Assembly: GCA_002633005.1 (NCBI GenBank) | Contig: NMRA01000178.1 | Coordinates: 255,395 to 319,394 of the forward strand | Direction: 5' to 3' | From: Phoronis australis | Lineage: Eukaryota > Animalia > Phoronida | DNA: 64,000 bases | Shown here: piece by piece, positions 51,276 through 64,000 of the stretch | Layout of the letters: every line of letters begins with the position of its first letter | Position numbering within the stretch: position 1 is the stretch's first letter | Program-made: the position numbers and the translations under genes | Notes under the pieces: generated by a model | Seen by the model: only the letters and a program-made list of their open reading frames with translations | Databases searched by the model: none | Told to the model about the DNA's origin: nothing

Positions 51276-54200
51276 ATGGACAAGAACAATCAACTGGGCG
51301 TGCCCTCATTTCCTGCCATGAGCTCACAGCAGAGGCTGACTGTGGGTCAACCACAGATGGCAGCGCGTAACAAAGTAGCTCTCAAACAGGGCCGGTCTCT
51401 CATGGACTGGATTAGATTGTGTATGTATTGTTCATTATTTTCCTAATGCTACTGTATATTGGTCATTTCCTTACCCTACTGTATCTGTTCTGGTTAGAAG
51501 TGAGGTTTGACGTAATTCCCACCCTTACAATAGGTGGCTCTGTAGCAGCGTAACATAAACACTACACCCAACATACCCAACTTTGTCACCTTTGAACACC
51601 AATTTTCTTTGTGTACTCATCTTTAAGCCAATGTTACTATTGCATCTGTGTTATTACAGTATTGACGTTGCATATCAAGAAATATTTTACATTTAGGTAT
51701 TTTGCTTTTGTATGAGGGATTTTTTAACATTATGTGGTTAAAAATTCCGCAATTTCTGACAAAAATTGCTGAAATTGATGTTCAAAGCCTTACTATATGC
51801 TGCAAGTGGTCAAAATTTTACTTAGAACTGTTTCACGGCAACTTAATCATACAAACCATATTAACAGCAAAGTCAAAATATTTTAGCTATTTTTGTTAAG
51901 AAATTTAACAAAAAGAAATTTACCTTGTGTCCTAGACTGGAGACTTGTACCGTCAGCAATGTTGTCTTGCGCTGTATCACCACCTTACATATAAATAGTA
52001 AGGCAAACTACTACTCGCATACTGTATTTGCCTGGCTTGACGGCCCGGGGCAAAATTTGCAAATTTTCACTTTTAAACTCGGTTACTCAGCTTTACACCC
52101 ATCTTCAGTTTGCCGGAGCAAGGTTTCCTTGAAGGTGCTTGTGTCTTTTGTTAGTGCCTGTCCCACACAAGTTTAGCTCCCACAGACTTGCTTTCTTGTT
52201 AGTAAGGAATATTCAGGACCCTCAGTGCCTCGATTTTGGGGCTGAATATTGGGGCCCCATTCTGTTATTAAAATATTTAAAAATCATGCAAAATTGCCTG
52301 ATTGGAGGCCCAAAAATTCCCCTTCGATGATAGAAAATTCCTTCAACGTTAGAATCACTTCTGCAAAATGCTAGTATTGGCTACTTGAGCAGGGAGAGGG
52401 TGAAATTATTTTAACAAGAATGGGGAATTTCCCCTCAACGTGAAAATTTCCTTTTCAAAAGGCACAGGCACCTTTCCCCTCGGGTAGTCTTCTGCATTTT
52501 ATTTGGCTCTTAAACGTGAGTGCTGGTGCGTGTACCTGAATCGACAATCTGAGTGAACCCCACCCCCAACTGCTCAGAAAATTAGTTTTAAAGTGTCCAT
52601 GCTTATCCCCCACTACTTAATGTTTGAGTTCCCCAATTTAAGCACTTTGAGCATTAACTTGGCCGTGTGCGGTTTGATAATGTTCATTTTGTTTCAGGCA
52701 ATGGTGGTCGGGACCTATCTGGTGTTGGTCCCAAAAAGTTGGTAGTGACACCTGATGAGCTGGCCAAGCATAACTCTGAAAAAGACTGTTGGATGGCAAT
52801 AAATGGTAATGGATGGTGCTTAGAGTTCTGTTTGATATCATGAGGAGCCTGCGCTTGTTTAAGGAGATCTGACTTTTATTAATAAATAGCACTTCAGTAT
52901 GGCAATTTATTTTGTGTAAATATTTGCTACAATTGGACTAATAGGATTGCTTACTTATTTCGCATTCTGCAGGTAAAGTTTACAATGTAACTGATTACAT
53001 GGAGTACCATCCTGGTGGCATGGAAGAGTTGATGAGAGGGGCAGGGCAAGATGCTACTCATCTGTTTAATCAGGTGAGAGACACATTGTAACATGTTGCA
53101 ACTCTACCTGGAGTACCGTCCTGGTGGCAAGGAGGAGTTGATGAGGGGCGGGGCAAGATGCCACTCATCTGTTTAATCAGGTGAGTGACACATTATAACA
53201 TGTTGCAACTCTACCTGGAGTACCATCCTGGTGGCAAGGAGGAGTTGATGAGGGGGGGGCAGGGCAAGATGCTACTCATCTGTTTAATCAGGTGAGTGAC
53301 ATATTATAACATGTTGCAACTCTACATGGAGTACCGTCCTGATGGCAAGGAGGAGTTGATGAGAGAGGCCTGGCATCTGTTTTATCAAGTGACACATTTA
53401 TATGATATCTTGTAACTCTACATGGTGTACAATCCTCGTGGCATGGGGGAGGTGGCAGAGCAAGATGCTACTTATTTGTTTAATCATGTGAGAGACACAT
53501 TATAACATGTTGCAACTCTACATGGGATACCATCCTGGTGGCAAGGAGGAGTTGAGGAGAGGGGCGTGGTAAGATGCCTCTAATCTGTTTAATAATCAGT
53601 GGATTGACACACTATAATGTGTAACTTGTTATACATACATGTATTGTACTCTATACATGAGGAGACTGAGCAAAGTGTTAGATTGTCTGTAATATTGACT
53701 GGGTTCATGGAACTCTGTCCATGTTTACGAGGATTGAAAACTAAATTACAGCTCTTGTTTTTGGAATTTTATGATATGATCCTTCTGTGATTTGCATCTT
53801 TCTCCTTTAACCATAATATGGCAGTTCATTAAGCATTGTAATCTACAACTAATTAAAATATGGTAACTTCATTTTGAAGTATGCTACTTAACTATCTTTG
53901 AGCAAGCTTATTTAAGCTTGTGGGATGAGCACCTATTATTTAATACAATTCTCCCGTGCTAACAACGCTTGGTAAGCTTGAACAAGGTTGCTCAACAATA
54001 ATGGTCAACAATCCAAACAAAGCATATCTAAAAATCTTGTATAAGGTTGTTGGGCCAGTCGCCTTTTTTCAAAATTGAAGTCCAACCTTGAAAAACCTTG
54101 ACCTCTTGGTAGCCATTGTTTTCCAAGATGGAATAAGCTTATTATAGCTATAATTCTTCAAGCTTGCGACCAATTGTTTTGTATAACCAAACTGAACAAC

Positions 54201-57200
54201 CTTGAAGAACCTTGTAATCTGTCGAACATGGTAATGCTGGTATAATGTATTAAATTTTACATTATAATAATACTCCATACTTTCCCATTTCATCATGTAA
54301 ATTCATATTATGACTAAAGAGTTCACACATCGGTGTCAACATTTAATTTTTATTTTTCACTAGGTATTTCAATTTTCATTTCAGTCTGCAGTCAAAAATA
54401 TTATAAAAATGGACAGTTTCACATAGGCAAGTTTAGGACAGACATTTTTTGGATTCTCATACCTTCCTAACAGGATTATATTTTACACAAGGAGCAAGGA
54501 AATTCAACATCGTATGACAACCATTTTAAAACGTGATCAACAAGGTTTCCCGAGAATTTGTGGTTTGCTTGAAAGTGTTTGTTAACCAGTAATGGTTAAA
54601 TATGGTACAGCAAAAAACTTGAATGGTGTTTGTCTTTATCCATTCCTCATGTACATTTTCAGGTACACCGTTGGGTAAACTTTGAGTCGATGCTGGCCAA
54701 ATGCTTCGTTGGTAAACTGAAAACAGTTGCATTATCCAGTTCTAGTTCTGTAAATAAACAGACTAACCCAGCGTTTGCAGTACCAGTGAACCCTGTACGA
54801 CAGTCTAGTTCTTCAGGCAAACCTAGGTAGAGTTACACAAACACTTAAATTTCATTGGTTTCTCATGTGATTTGCATTCATTGATATCTTTGTGTGTGTT
54901 TACGTACTCATGTGGGTGCATATTGCCGTCATCTCTGGGCGTCCGCTGCTGTGTCCCTTTAGATTTTTGTGAAAGTTTTCGGATGGATTAGATTTATTCT
55001 GCACCATCTAGCAGCCATTTTTATTATTTCCAAGACTTTTTTGACATCAGCCTCTCTTGTTGGAAACTGCTGAAGCCGATTGGCTGATATTTTAATATTG
55101 ACAACAGTACTGTAACTTAATATGTTCATTTACTGACTAGTCCGTTTACTATGGCGCCTCCTAGTGGAAAGGTTGTGTTTTTTACATTCACAACCGTATT
55201 TCTGAAAGTCCTTGGAGGATCTTTGATAATTTAGCAAGTGTATTTTTATGAGCGTAGCAACAGATCTGACTACCGCTGTGCCTCCTATTGGCAATTTTAT
55301 GTTTTATGTTTATCTCTATGTCATCAGATTTTGTATAGGATTTTCACAAAGCTTATAAGTTTCTATTAGGGAGACCACAACGCCTTCCCATTTTTTCGCC
55401 TGGTTCAACACATTCTGCGCCGTCTAATGGTCATTCTCATGATACTGATAAAACACCAAGAAGCATGCCGTTTGCAATGCAGTTGCGGGCGCATGTCAAC
55501 ACTCGGTAAATGAGCACATACTGAGCGTGCTCAGCTCGAAACCGTATAAGCACTGGCATGGGAGTCGGTTTCTCATGCTTTAACACCCAGAAAATGATGT
55601 TCCATTTGTTCACAATGTTAATGCAGCTTCTTAACCCCCTATCGTGGATTGAAACCTCCTCTTTCAAAATGTCAGGCATTCCTCAATTAATTAACAATGG
55701 AAGCACATCCAACATTGATATTTGCCCACTTTTCCAGTTGACCTATCGCCAGGATTTTGAGTGACGACTTAACTGACCAATTAAAATGCAGCATTCTCGA
55801 CACACCTTTGTTTCCAAGCGGTCATTTTACCTGACAAACAACACGTTGCGGGGTAAAACTTATTGTTTGTTTGTCGACATTTCGCATGGGGGTGGAGCTT
55901 ATGATAGGTCAATTCCTTAGTGTTAGAAATGTTACTCAAAATGCGGTTTATAAAATTTGCCTACATTACAGTTGCCAGATACATAATGATTAAAAATCGT
56001 ATAAGTAGTTCATTTAAATGTGAAGAAGCTTGACACGTGTTGCATTGTGGGTAATTGCCTGAGAATGAGAGAGATGCTGTGCTATTTGAGGACAGGCCTA
56101 TTTTCTCATTTCAGGTATGACTGGTTTCAAACTGAAGACACCGTCACAGTCACTGTTTTCACCAAGTGTCGCGGCTCACGTCTCACGGTGACGGTGGACA
56201 AGTGTGATGCCAACTTGTTAGTTAACGTATTTATTAAAGACTTCCTGTACACAGTCAGCCTAGGTAAACATTCAACTTTATGGTCAAATTATTTAATATG
56301 AAATGCTACACAATCTTAAATATTTCCGTGAATCCAAATGAAAATTTTACTGACTTTTCAACATTTTTCCTTGTTTCTGCATAATATCTACATTTCTGGT
56401 GTTGTTAATATACAGTTCCCTGTAACTGAATTTTACATGTGTGTATGTGCGTGTGTGCATTTGTGTGACTGTGTGTGTGTATATGTGTCTGTGTGTGGTA
56501 TTGTTGTCTAGCAAATGTGCTTGCTAAAGCTCCAGAACGCTAAATATTTCAAGACTTTGGACTTATTGCAGACTTAGAAGACGACGTCCTTGAAGAATAT
56601 TTAGGTTTGTTATAACTTTCTTGTTATAGTACTCGAAATAAAATCTGAATTTTTACATTCTTATTGTGGATAAATTTGTGTTACTTTTTAGCCCTTTATA
56701 AGGCGAATATAATTTCGGAGATTTTAGTGACACTCAATGTAGCTCACCGCTTTGTGTTGAAATATAGTCAAATGATTGGTCATAAATAAAAACATGGAAA
56801 CTGTATGGTTTTGGCAGATCATTTTCTGTAGAAAGTATATTAAAAATTCTGATTTTCTCTATCTATCGATCTCACTACCGCCATTTAAAAAAAATGTACT
56901 GTTGCCTTTTCCTGCTGGTACATTGTTGAGTTTTTAATTATAAACAATCTCTTGATTTTTCATGTTGTTTGGTATTCAGAGCTCTTGTTGGTTTTAGTTT
57001 GAATAGTTGAAAAATATGTTGATTTATTTGTAGTGAAAAAATATGACGGCGGTAAAATTGACATTCAGCTACAGAAAGCAAAGCCTTCAAAGTGGAAGAC
57101 ACTTGGTACACCCCTTGACGGAAACGACAGCTTTGTTAAGCGTGCAAGCAGAGGTAGTGTACTGACTTTATCTTGACAGTAACTGTTGACTTTCTTTGCT

Positions 57201-60200
57201 GGAGTGTTATTTGCTTAGGCTTTGGTTTTGTCAAGATTGGCTATTCTCCGTTCTGAAAGATATTGCAACAATACTTATCTTCATGGTTAACCACTATACT
57301 GTGGTCTATTTTTTGTTGAGTCATGTTTTAATTAACGAATTGTGAAAATCAGGCGACACCTGCAGGACTGTCCCTGGATGAAAGTTCAAACAGGCGAAAG
57401 TTGAATGTGGTGCTTTTGTATGGTAATCCTCTTTTCTGTTAATTTACGAAAGCTGAATAGTTACGCATTATTGTCACTTGCTGGTCATGTCACTGTCACT
57501 TTTTTCTGCCAAATTATAACAAGTGCATCGCTTTGGAACACAATTTCAGACATTTATTCTCAAAATCAGAAAAAGTTGAGCGTTTCAAACATGACTCAAG
57601 ATTTCAAACACGAGCCAGACCTTTTCAAACATGACCCAGAGCTTTTAAGATATGACTCAAGATTTCCAAACATGGTGTAAAACATTTGAAGCATAGTACA
57701 ACACCATCCTTGAATTTATGTAAGGAGAACACAGAATGTATTACAAGTTGTGACATGATTAGTGTCTTGGATCTTATTGGCAAGTCTGTATATTTTGCAA
57801 ACCTTCTACAAAACGAAGAAACAAAAAAAGATTTTAACTCAATAAAAGTGCACGTTTTTGAAAGTAAAAACCTGTAGAATTTGATTTTTGACTTTTTACC
57901 AATCTGCCATCGATTGGGTCATGTGAGCATGGCTTTTTAGTAAAATTTAGCAATAAAGAAATTTAAAGTACATTGATAGCAAAATGATAGTAGCAACAAT
58001 GTAATAAAATTTTATTTGATATAAATGTTCAAGATGAGATCTCAGTTAAAATATTTTGTTATACAATTTTTTCTTAAAAATCACAAAAGTCCTGTATTTG
58101 ATATCCCCTTATTCAAGACGGGAGCATTTGAAAAACAATTCATAAAGTGTGTTGGAGAACAGTGCGTAAAGCATAGTATCTGAAATTTTCACAAAATCAT
58201 GAAACTGATCAGCCATTTCTGAGATGGGATTATTCGAAGTTAGCCAAATTTGGACATTTTTCTAGGTCCTGTACAACCTTAATTAGAAATTGTGGCACAA
58301 TATTTAGTTTTCAACGTTTCAGTAGGTCCTGACCAGTAATTGGAAGTGACTGACATGTTGTTGGTGAGCCAATAGGGCTGTACCAGATTACAAGGCGCCA
58401 GAGCTCTCATTTGTTGCGGAGATAAGAAAGCGCGTGACCTCGTTTTGGAAATAAGGCACATTATCATGTCTCTCATTGATGTCGGGAAGGCAATGAATTT
58501 CGCATCACACATCCACGGGTATTTGTCCAGTTTATCAAACTTTCTCACGTCAGAATGGCTGCCCACAGCACAGCAGTAATACTTTATTAGCATTGGAAGG
58601 ACGAATAGAGTAATGCAACCAAGAAAAATTTGTAAAGAATCAGAAAACAAATAACATGCGAAGTCCAGTGGCACGAAAATGAGACAGCAAATGTGCCTGA
58701 CAGATGTTTACGGCATTGTGGGTAAATAGAGCGAGATTCGGGTGTTGCTGTGTAATCTTGGACGGCCCTATTGAAGGAAGATTACATTTTGTAACGGTGA
58801 ATTGTTTCTCTATTGCAGGTGTTCACTTTCGGGAATGCACCATTACCTCAATACAACAAGTCACCCATGACACCAACGTGTACGAGCTTCAGTTACCAAC
58901 TGGTAGTCAGTTGTGTTTACCTGTAGGTCACCATGTTCACGTGAAGGCTGAAGTTCAAGGTGGGTACCTGCTTCAAGTTTTGACATTGTTTGAGAATTTG
59001 TGTTATTTTATGAAATGCACGTAATTAAGGTACATTCAAATTCGTTGGGAGGTTTTATCTCTGTAAGAGGTAATTTGGCAGAGAGGGAGTTTCGCAAAGA
59101 TATAACTTGTATACACTGGACTATGGTGCTATGTTAATTTTTATTATGCGCCCACATATTTATATGTGGACACATTATGCCGTCATCTCTGTCCGTCCGT
59201 CCGGGCGGCGTCCGGCGTCCGCTGCTCTATCTCCAAAACCCTTTGACATACGTTCATGAAATTTGGCACATATGTTCCATTCATGAATGGGACGACATGT
59301 GCGAACTTTAGGACGGATCCGACTACCGGTGTGCCCCCTAGTGGCAATTTAGTTTTTTACGCTTACCTTTGTATCTTCAAAAGTCCTGAACGGATTTTCA
59401 TGAAATTTGGTATGTAGGCACCTATTAGTGAGATGACGCTATCCTGCCATTTTCAGATGGATTCGACATAGTTTGCGCCACCTAGTGGCCATTTTTAGTG
59501 TTTTCGAGTCTGTTTTTGTGCGTCCACCCCTCTTTCAACCAAACCGCTCAAAGGATGATTGTGAAAATTGGCATGTATATGCCTACTATGTAGAGGACGG
59601 TTGCCGATGATTTTCCGACGATTTCGACTACTGTGGCGCCTCCTAGTGGCTGTTTTTTTTTTGCGCCTATGGCTATATCTCCTAAACCTTTCGCAGGATC
59701 TTTACGAAATTGTGTAAGTATATTTATATGATGTTAACAACGGAAGATGACGACTTTTGGACGGATCCTACTACTGGTGTGCCCCCTAGTGGCAATTTTA
59801 GTTTTTTACGCTTACCTTTGTATCTTCAAAAGTCCTGAACGGATTTTCATGAAATTTGGTATGTAGGCACCTAATAGTGAGATGACGCTATCCTCCCGTT
59901 TTCAGATAGATTCGACATAGTTTGCGCCACCTAGTGGCCATTTTTACTGTTTTCGAGTCTGTATTTTTGCGTCCACCCCTCTATCAATCAAACCGCTCAA
60001 AGGATGATTGTGAAAATTGCCGTGTATGTGCTTACTATAAGGAAGACAGCTGACAATGATTTTCAGACGATTTGGACTACTGTGGCACCTCCTAGTGGCA
60101 GTTTTGTTTTTTTTGCGCCCATGGTTGTATCTCCCAAACCGTTTGCAGGATCTTTACTAAATTTAGCAAGTGTATTGATGTGATGTTGACAACGGACGAT

Positions 60201-63200
60201 GACGACTTTAGGATGATTCTGACTACCGGTATGCCTCTAGTGGCAATTTTAGTATTTGCCTCTAGTGGCAATTTATAGTATTTTACATTGACCTCTGTAT
60301 TTTCATAGGTCTTCAGGTGTATACTTTGTGTTACTTCGTGACTATGAAGGAAAAGTTCCAAGTAGAAATTTGTTTCTGGCATTCTAATGCTGTGCTAATC
60401 TCGTATGTTGGTAAATTTGTTTTTATTCTATGTTTCTGTGGTGCTTTAAGCAACTGGTGTATAGGATGTGCTTGTATTATGAAGATTACTCACATTTTGC
60501 CCCTAGCCTATTGAGGAGACAATGACCATGCCTTTCCATTTTGCTAAGTACAACATACTACATATATGCCCTCTGCTGTAGGTTGGATTCCATGCTGAGA
60601 AAATCACTTTTCTTGCTGATAAAGTCACTTTAAAGGTAAACAGGAAACTGAGTAAGCAGTGTGACCTAGTGTGATGGGTGACTGCTTTCTTTACTCAAGG
60701 TTGTGAGTTCGAGTCCCACTGGGTCTCACTACTAAACCCTTGAGTCAGGTTTCTAGCTCCTCAGCTCGGTTTTAACTATATATTAATAAGGCATAAAAAT
60801 GGTTCCAGATGATCAGTGCAATGGGCCCACTAGAGCAGCCTGCGCATGTCTGGTACAACGTGCATCAGGCCGCCTGCAATTATATTTTATAAGCAGGAGA
60901 TTGATACTTATTGTTTTGTTTTCATTATAGGGGTGGAAATTAGTCGCAGCTACACCTGCATAACATTACCTGGTCAGTGTAAGGACATTGACAGCAAGCT
61001 TCATTTGATGATCAAGGTGTATCCTAATGGCACTCTAACTCCACACATTGGTGCTATGAAAGTTGGTAAGTTGAACTTTCAACTTCTGAAAGGTTTAATG
61101 GGAAGGAATTTCAGTTTCTAGCAGTATTGAAGTCTTTGTGTACTAACAGTAATCTCAACGAGGACTTGGAGTTAAAGAGGCTGTACGTTGGTGAGGCCAA
61201 CCTCTCAATTTCTAAGATTTGAATATAGGGCTCAATTTGACAACCTCAGATTTTGTTTGACAACATGGGAAAAGCTCAGTCGCCACGAAGTCACCACGCC
61301 ACATCTGAGCACGCACTTTGAATACTACTGTAACAACTAGAAAACAAGCTGAAGTTGGAATCATTTGGCAAAAAATTCAAGGGCCCAGTCGTGTTTGCCT
61401 GCCTGACGATGTGGGCCTACACGTGGGATATTGGACTCAAAAAGGTGGCTCATAATTTTCCGTTCGATCAAAAAAACACGATCTGGTCATCGCGAGTACA
61501 CTGATGGACATTTGATGAGTTTGGTGGCTGTCCACTTCAAGCATCTCGTTTCTTTCAATTTCGACTCTTGCCAATGAGTTTGGTGACCTCAGATCCAGTT
61601 TGGTGAGCTGACAATTTTGCCAGGTCGCATTTGGTGAGTTAATATTATGCTAGGCATCGAGCACTGGAATCATTAATTTTCTGCCTGTAAATAGCTTTCT
61701 GTCAAAAAATTTACTTTTGGTTAAGATCAACAAGTCTTCCCAAATAGTTCCTTAGATTTTATGTGATTTTTGGGATTTGTAAGAAGGGACATTTGGTTAC
61801 TGTCGAAGACCTGACTCATGCGGTTAACTTCACACAGTCGTTCATTTTGTGCACCAAACATTACCTCGAGCAACGCATTTTTCCCCCAAGCCCAGAAATC
61901 ATTTTCAACACAAGGAGGCAACATAGTGATTGATCAGCTCTCTAATGGCAAGTGGTCGGAATAAATCAAAATATTTTTGGCCTAAATGTTGAGTAGTTGA
62001 CTTCACCGACTATGTCTTACTGCTGTCAGAGGTAGTGTGTTGCAAGTGGCTGTTCTGGGTATCACATGTTGTAAGTGGCTGTTCTGGGTATCACATACTC
62101 TGGCTTTGGTTCACGAATTGTTCTTGCTGATTAAATATCCTGGCATAGTTGTCCAATTCCTTTCTGTAGCATTATTTTTACTGGTGTCTGTGCTAGCAAG
62201 GTTATGAGATGCACTTGCATGATTTTATGTGAACTCAACCAACATGCCAGATACTGACCTTATTGAAACCAACCCTGGTTTGCACTACTTCAATACTTCT
62301 GATATGCTCTCATCTCTCTGTTTGTTCTTGACAATGTTCACTCACAGCACCACCTAGTGGCATGGGTACTAAATGTTGCTTACAGGTGATACTTTACAAG
62401 TCAGTGACCCCGACGGTACGTTTGATGTCTCTGTGTTGAATAATGCCAAGCAGTTAGTCATGCTGGCAGGCGGCACTGGCTTCACACCAATGATTCGACT
62501 ATTATGGGATGGATGTCACACTAACATGTAAGTGATGTGAACTTCTGACCTTTTTGACTTGCCTTGTCAAATTTGTTTCTACTGCTTGATGGTTGGCTAT
62601 GGCTTTTCGTGCGTCCAATGATGGTTTTACCACTTTTACTCTTCTCCCTCAGGGTTAGTCATAAATTGTCAACTGATCTTGTCTTCTTGGAAATGGTAAC
62701 TTAACTGCATCGTTACGTTATTTTTGTCTTCGTTCTGTTTGATTGAGTTTTCTCTTCACAGCTCTTTACGTCTACTGTGTTAGAAAGTTGTCTTGTCCAT
62801 GAATCAGAATACTATGTTATTGCCGTAAATTATTTTCCAGAAAGAAGAAGTTGATATTTTTTAATAAAACAAAGGATGACATTTTGTGGAAGGATAAGAT
62901 TGACCAGCTGATTGGTGACAACCAAAGGTATAGTTCCAATACTCACCCTAAATTTTGTTGTCTTTCGTCAGGTTTTTCAACTGTATACTAAATTCCTTTT
63001 CAGTTTACATTGATAAAGGAACGAGGTGTTCTTTCACCAGATTATGTTCTTACTAATGGAAGATTAGAAGCCTAATTCACACCAATTTTGATGTAATAGA
63101 ACTAGAAAAAAATCTCCGGTTTAGGACAAGTAGAATTTTGTTTTATCAAACTTTCCACAAAAATGACTTTTTATGAAATATTGCACTGATGTTGGCATGG

Positions 63201-63895
63201 TATGTATCGTTATGTGTTATCTAACAGCATTTGGTTCTAGTTTAGGCTTTTGCAGCAATGTTGCAAAATTTGGAGAGTAAAAATGTCAATTTAGTACTGT
63301 TGCTATGTACTAAATTGTGGAGTTCTACTGTGGTGTCAGTCATCGCCTCATTATGAATAACTTGAATAAGACCTTAGTGAGGATCCTCTGTGTTTTTGTG
63401 TTTAGTTACCTGCAATTGTAGTTACTTGTAGCATTAGTAACTTGCAGTTGTAGTTACTTGTACCATTAGTTACCTGACTGAAGTTCTAGTTACCTGCAAG
63501 TCAGTATTTGATTGTAAATATATGCAAACATAGACAATACTGAATAGTACTCACACCAGAGGAACATTTTGGATTATACAGGTTCTGGGTAAAATGTGGT
63601 ACAGTACCAACGAAGCTCAATACTGCAGAAATATTTCCCAAGTTTGTGCGTCAGGAATGAAAAACCTTACCATCAGAAACAATTCTTCATGTGATGGTAA
63701 CCCGCCCTCTCATCTCTGTCTTTCACCTAGGCTTAGTGTCGTGCACGTACTGTCGAAGCCTGACAGTAAATGGGGCGGTACTGTTGGTCATGTTGATGAA
63801 GAGTTACTCCGGTCCCATGTACCGGAGCGAGATGTCAACAATCTCTGCTACATCTGTGTGTGTGGTCCAACGCCTTTCACAGAAGAAGTAAACAG
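51276..63895 (+). CDS. CYB5R4: Cytochrome b5 reductase 4 (NCB5OR: cyt b5 + CS + FAD/NAD reductase); last exon beyond the window
   Basis: Exons 51276-51420, 52698-52805, 52973-53073, 54663-54826, 56115-56263, 56572-56604, 57034-57153, 58819-58959, 60931-61065, 62386-62527, 62841-62927 and 63731-63895 join in phase. Motifs: KQGRSLMDWIRL, heme YHPGG and VHRWVN, CS-domain PRYDWFQT, FAD-binding RSYT, GGTGFTPM, FFNKT and CGPTPFTE. An acceptor at 51211-51212 implies an upstream UTR exon. Confidence 0.95.
52996..53630 (+). repeat. ~100-110-bp tandem array (native + 5 copies) of the 3' part of CYB5R4 exon 3 plus its splice donor
   Basis: Units start at 52996 (native), 53105, 53212, 53323, 53419 and 53519: TAC.TGGAGTACC.TCCTGGTGGCA.GGA.GAGTTGATGAG...CATCTGTTTAATCAG|GTGAG.GACACATT.TAACATGTTGCAACTC. 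Confidence 0.92.
54905..55435 (+). mobile_element. Old HINE remnant in CYB5R4 intron 4
   Basis: ATGTGGGTGCATATTGCCGTCATCTC...GCGTCCGCTGCT matches the HINE 5' region. It carries the subunit motifs GGCGCCTCCTAGTGG (~55154) and TTTAGCAAGTGTATTT. Confidence 0.55.
59146..60560 (+). mobile_element. Second copy of the same HINE family (3'-truncated), in CYB5R4 intron 8
   Basis: Same 5' hairpin, GTCC microsatellite, trimeric subunits and unique 3' segment as 2077-3478. Similarity stops at ...GTACAACATACTAC and the 3' stem-loop is missing. Confidence 0.85.
60656..60888 (+). mobile_element. tRNA-derived SINE, second copy, just upstream of CYB5R4 exon 9
   Basis: B box GAGTTCGAGTCCC (~60705-60717); body and tail align with 23491-23718. 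Confidence 0.7.
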
Positions 63896-64000
63896 GTAGG
63901 TTAACTATCAATACAGATTCACTCCAAAGAGTGGAACACCCGATCTTGACAGTTTTCAATGTCACTCGTATAATCCTCCAGCCTTACAATCCTTCAGTTG

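Noticed and set aside
60656-60725. tRNA gene
   Set aside because: It has A/B-box-like motifs but no intact cloverleaf, and continues into a body shared with other copies, so it is a SINE head.

Overview
AT-rich, intron-containing animal genomic DNA, most likely a heterozygous invertebrate (inferred from intron-rich conserved genes, Helentron-type repeats and haplotype-like overlaps joined by single Ns). It is not prokaryotic. I reconstructed gene models by hand from splice signals and reading frames: NUDT18 (+, 7 coding exons, ~320 aa), PPIL4 (-, 13 exons, ~514 aa, one U12-type intron), an intronless KRR1 (+) head-to-head with PPIL4, an unnamed type-I membrane protein with two TSP1 repeats (-), an orphan ORF (-), and CYB5R4 (+, 12 coding exons, running off the window end). 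Repeats include Helentron-associated (HINE/DINE-1-like) elements, a tRNA-derived SINE, several MITEs and minisatellites. Four observations stand out. (1) Two unrelated genes carry intronic tandem arrays amplified from their own exon/5'-splice-site junction. (2) A HINE carries a phased array of CTCF-like motifs, and both its filled and empty sites are visible. (3) The TSP1 membrane protein has convertase-type cleavage sites. (4) KRR1 is intronless and sits on a ~200 bp bidirectional promoter. Gene names come from recognising protein motifs from memory; no database search was run.
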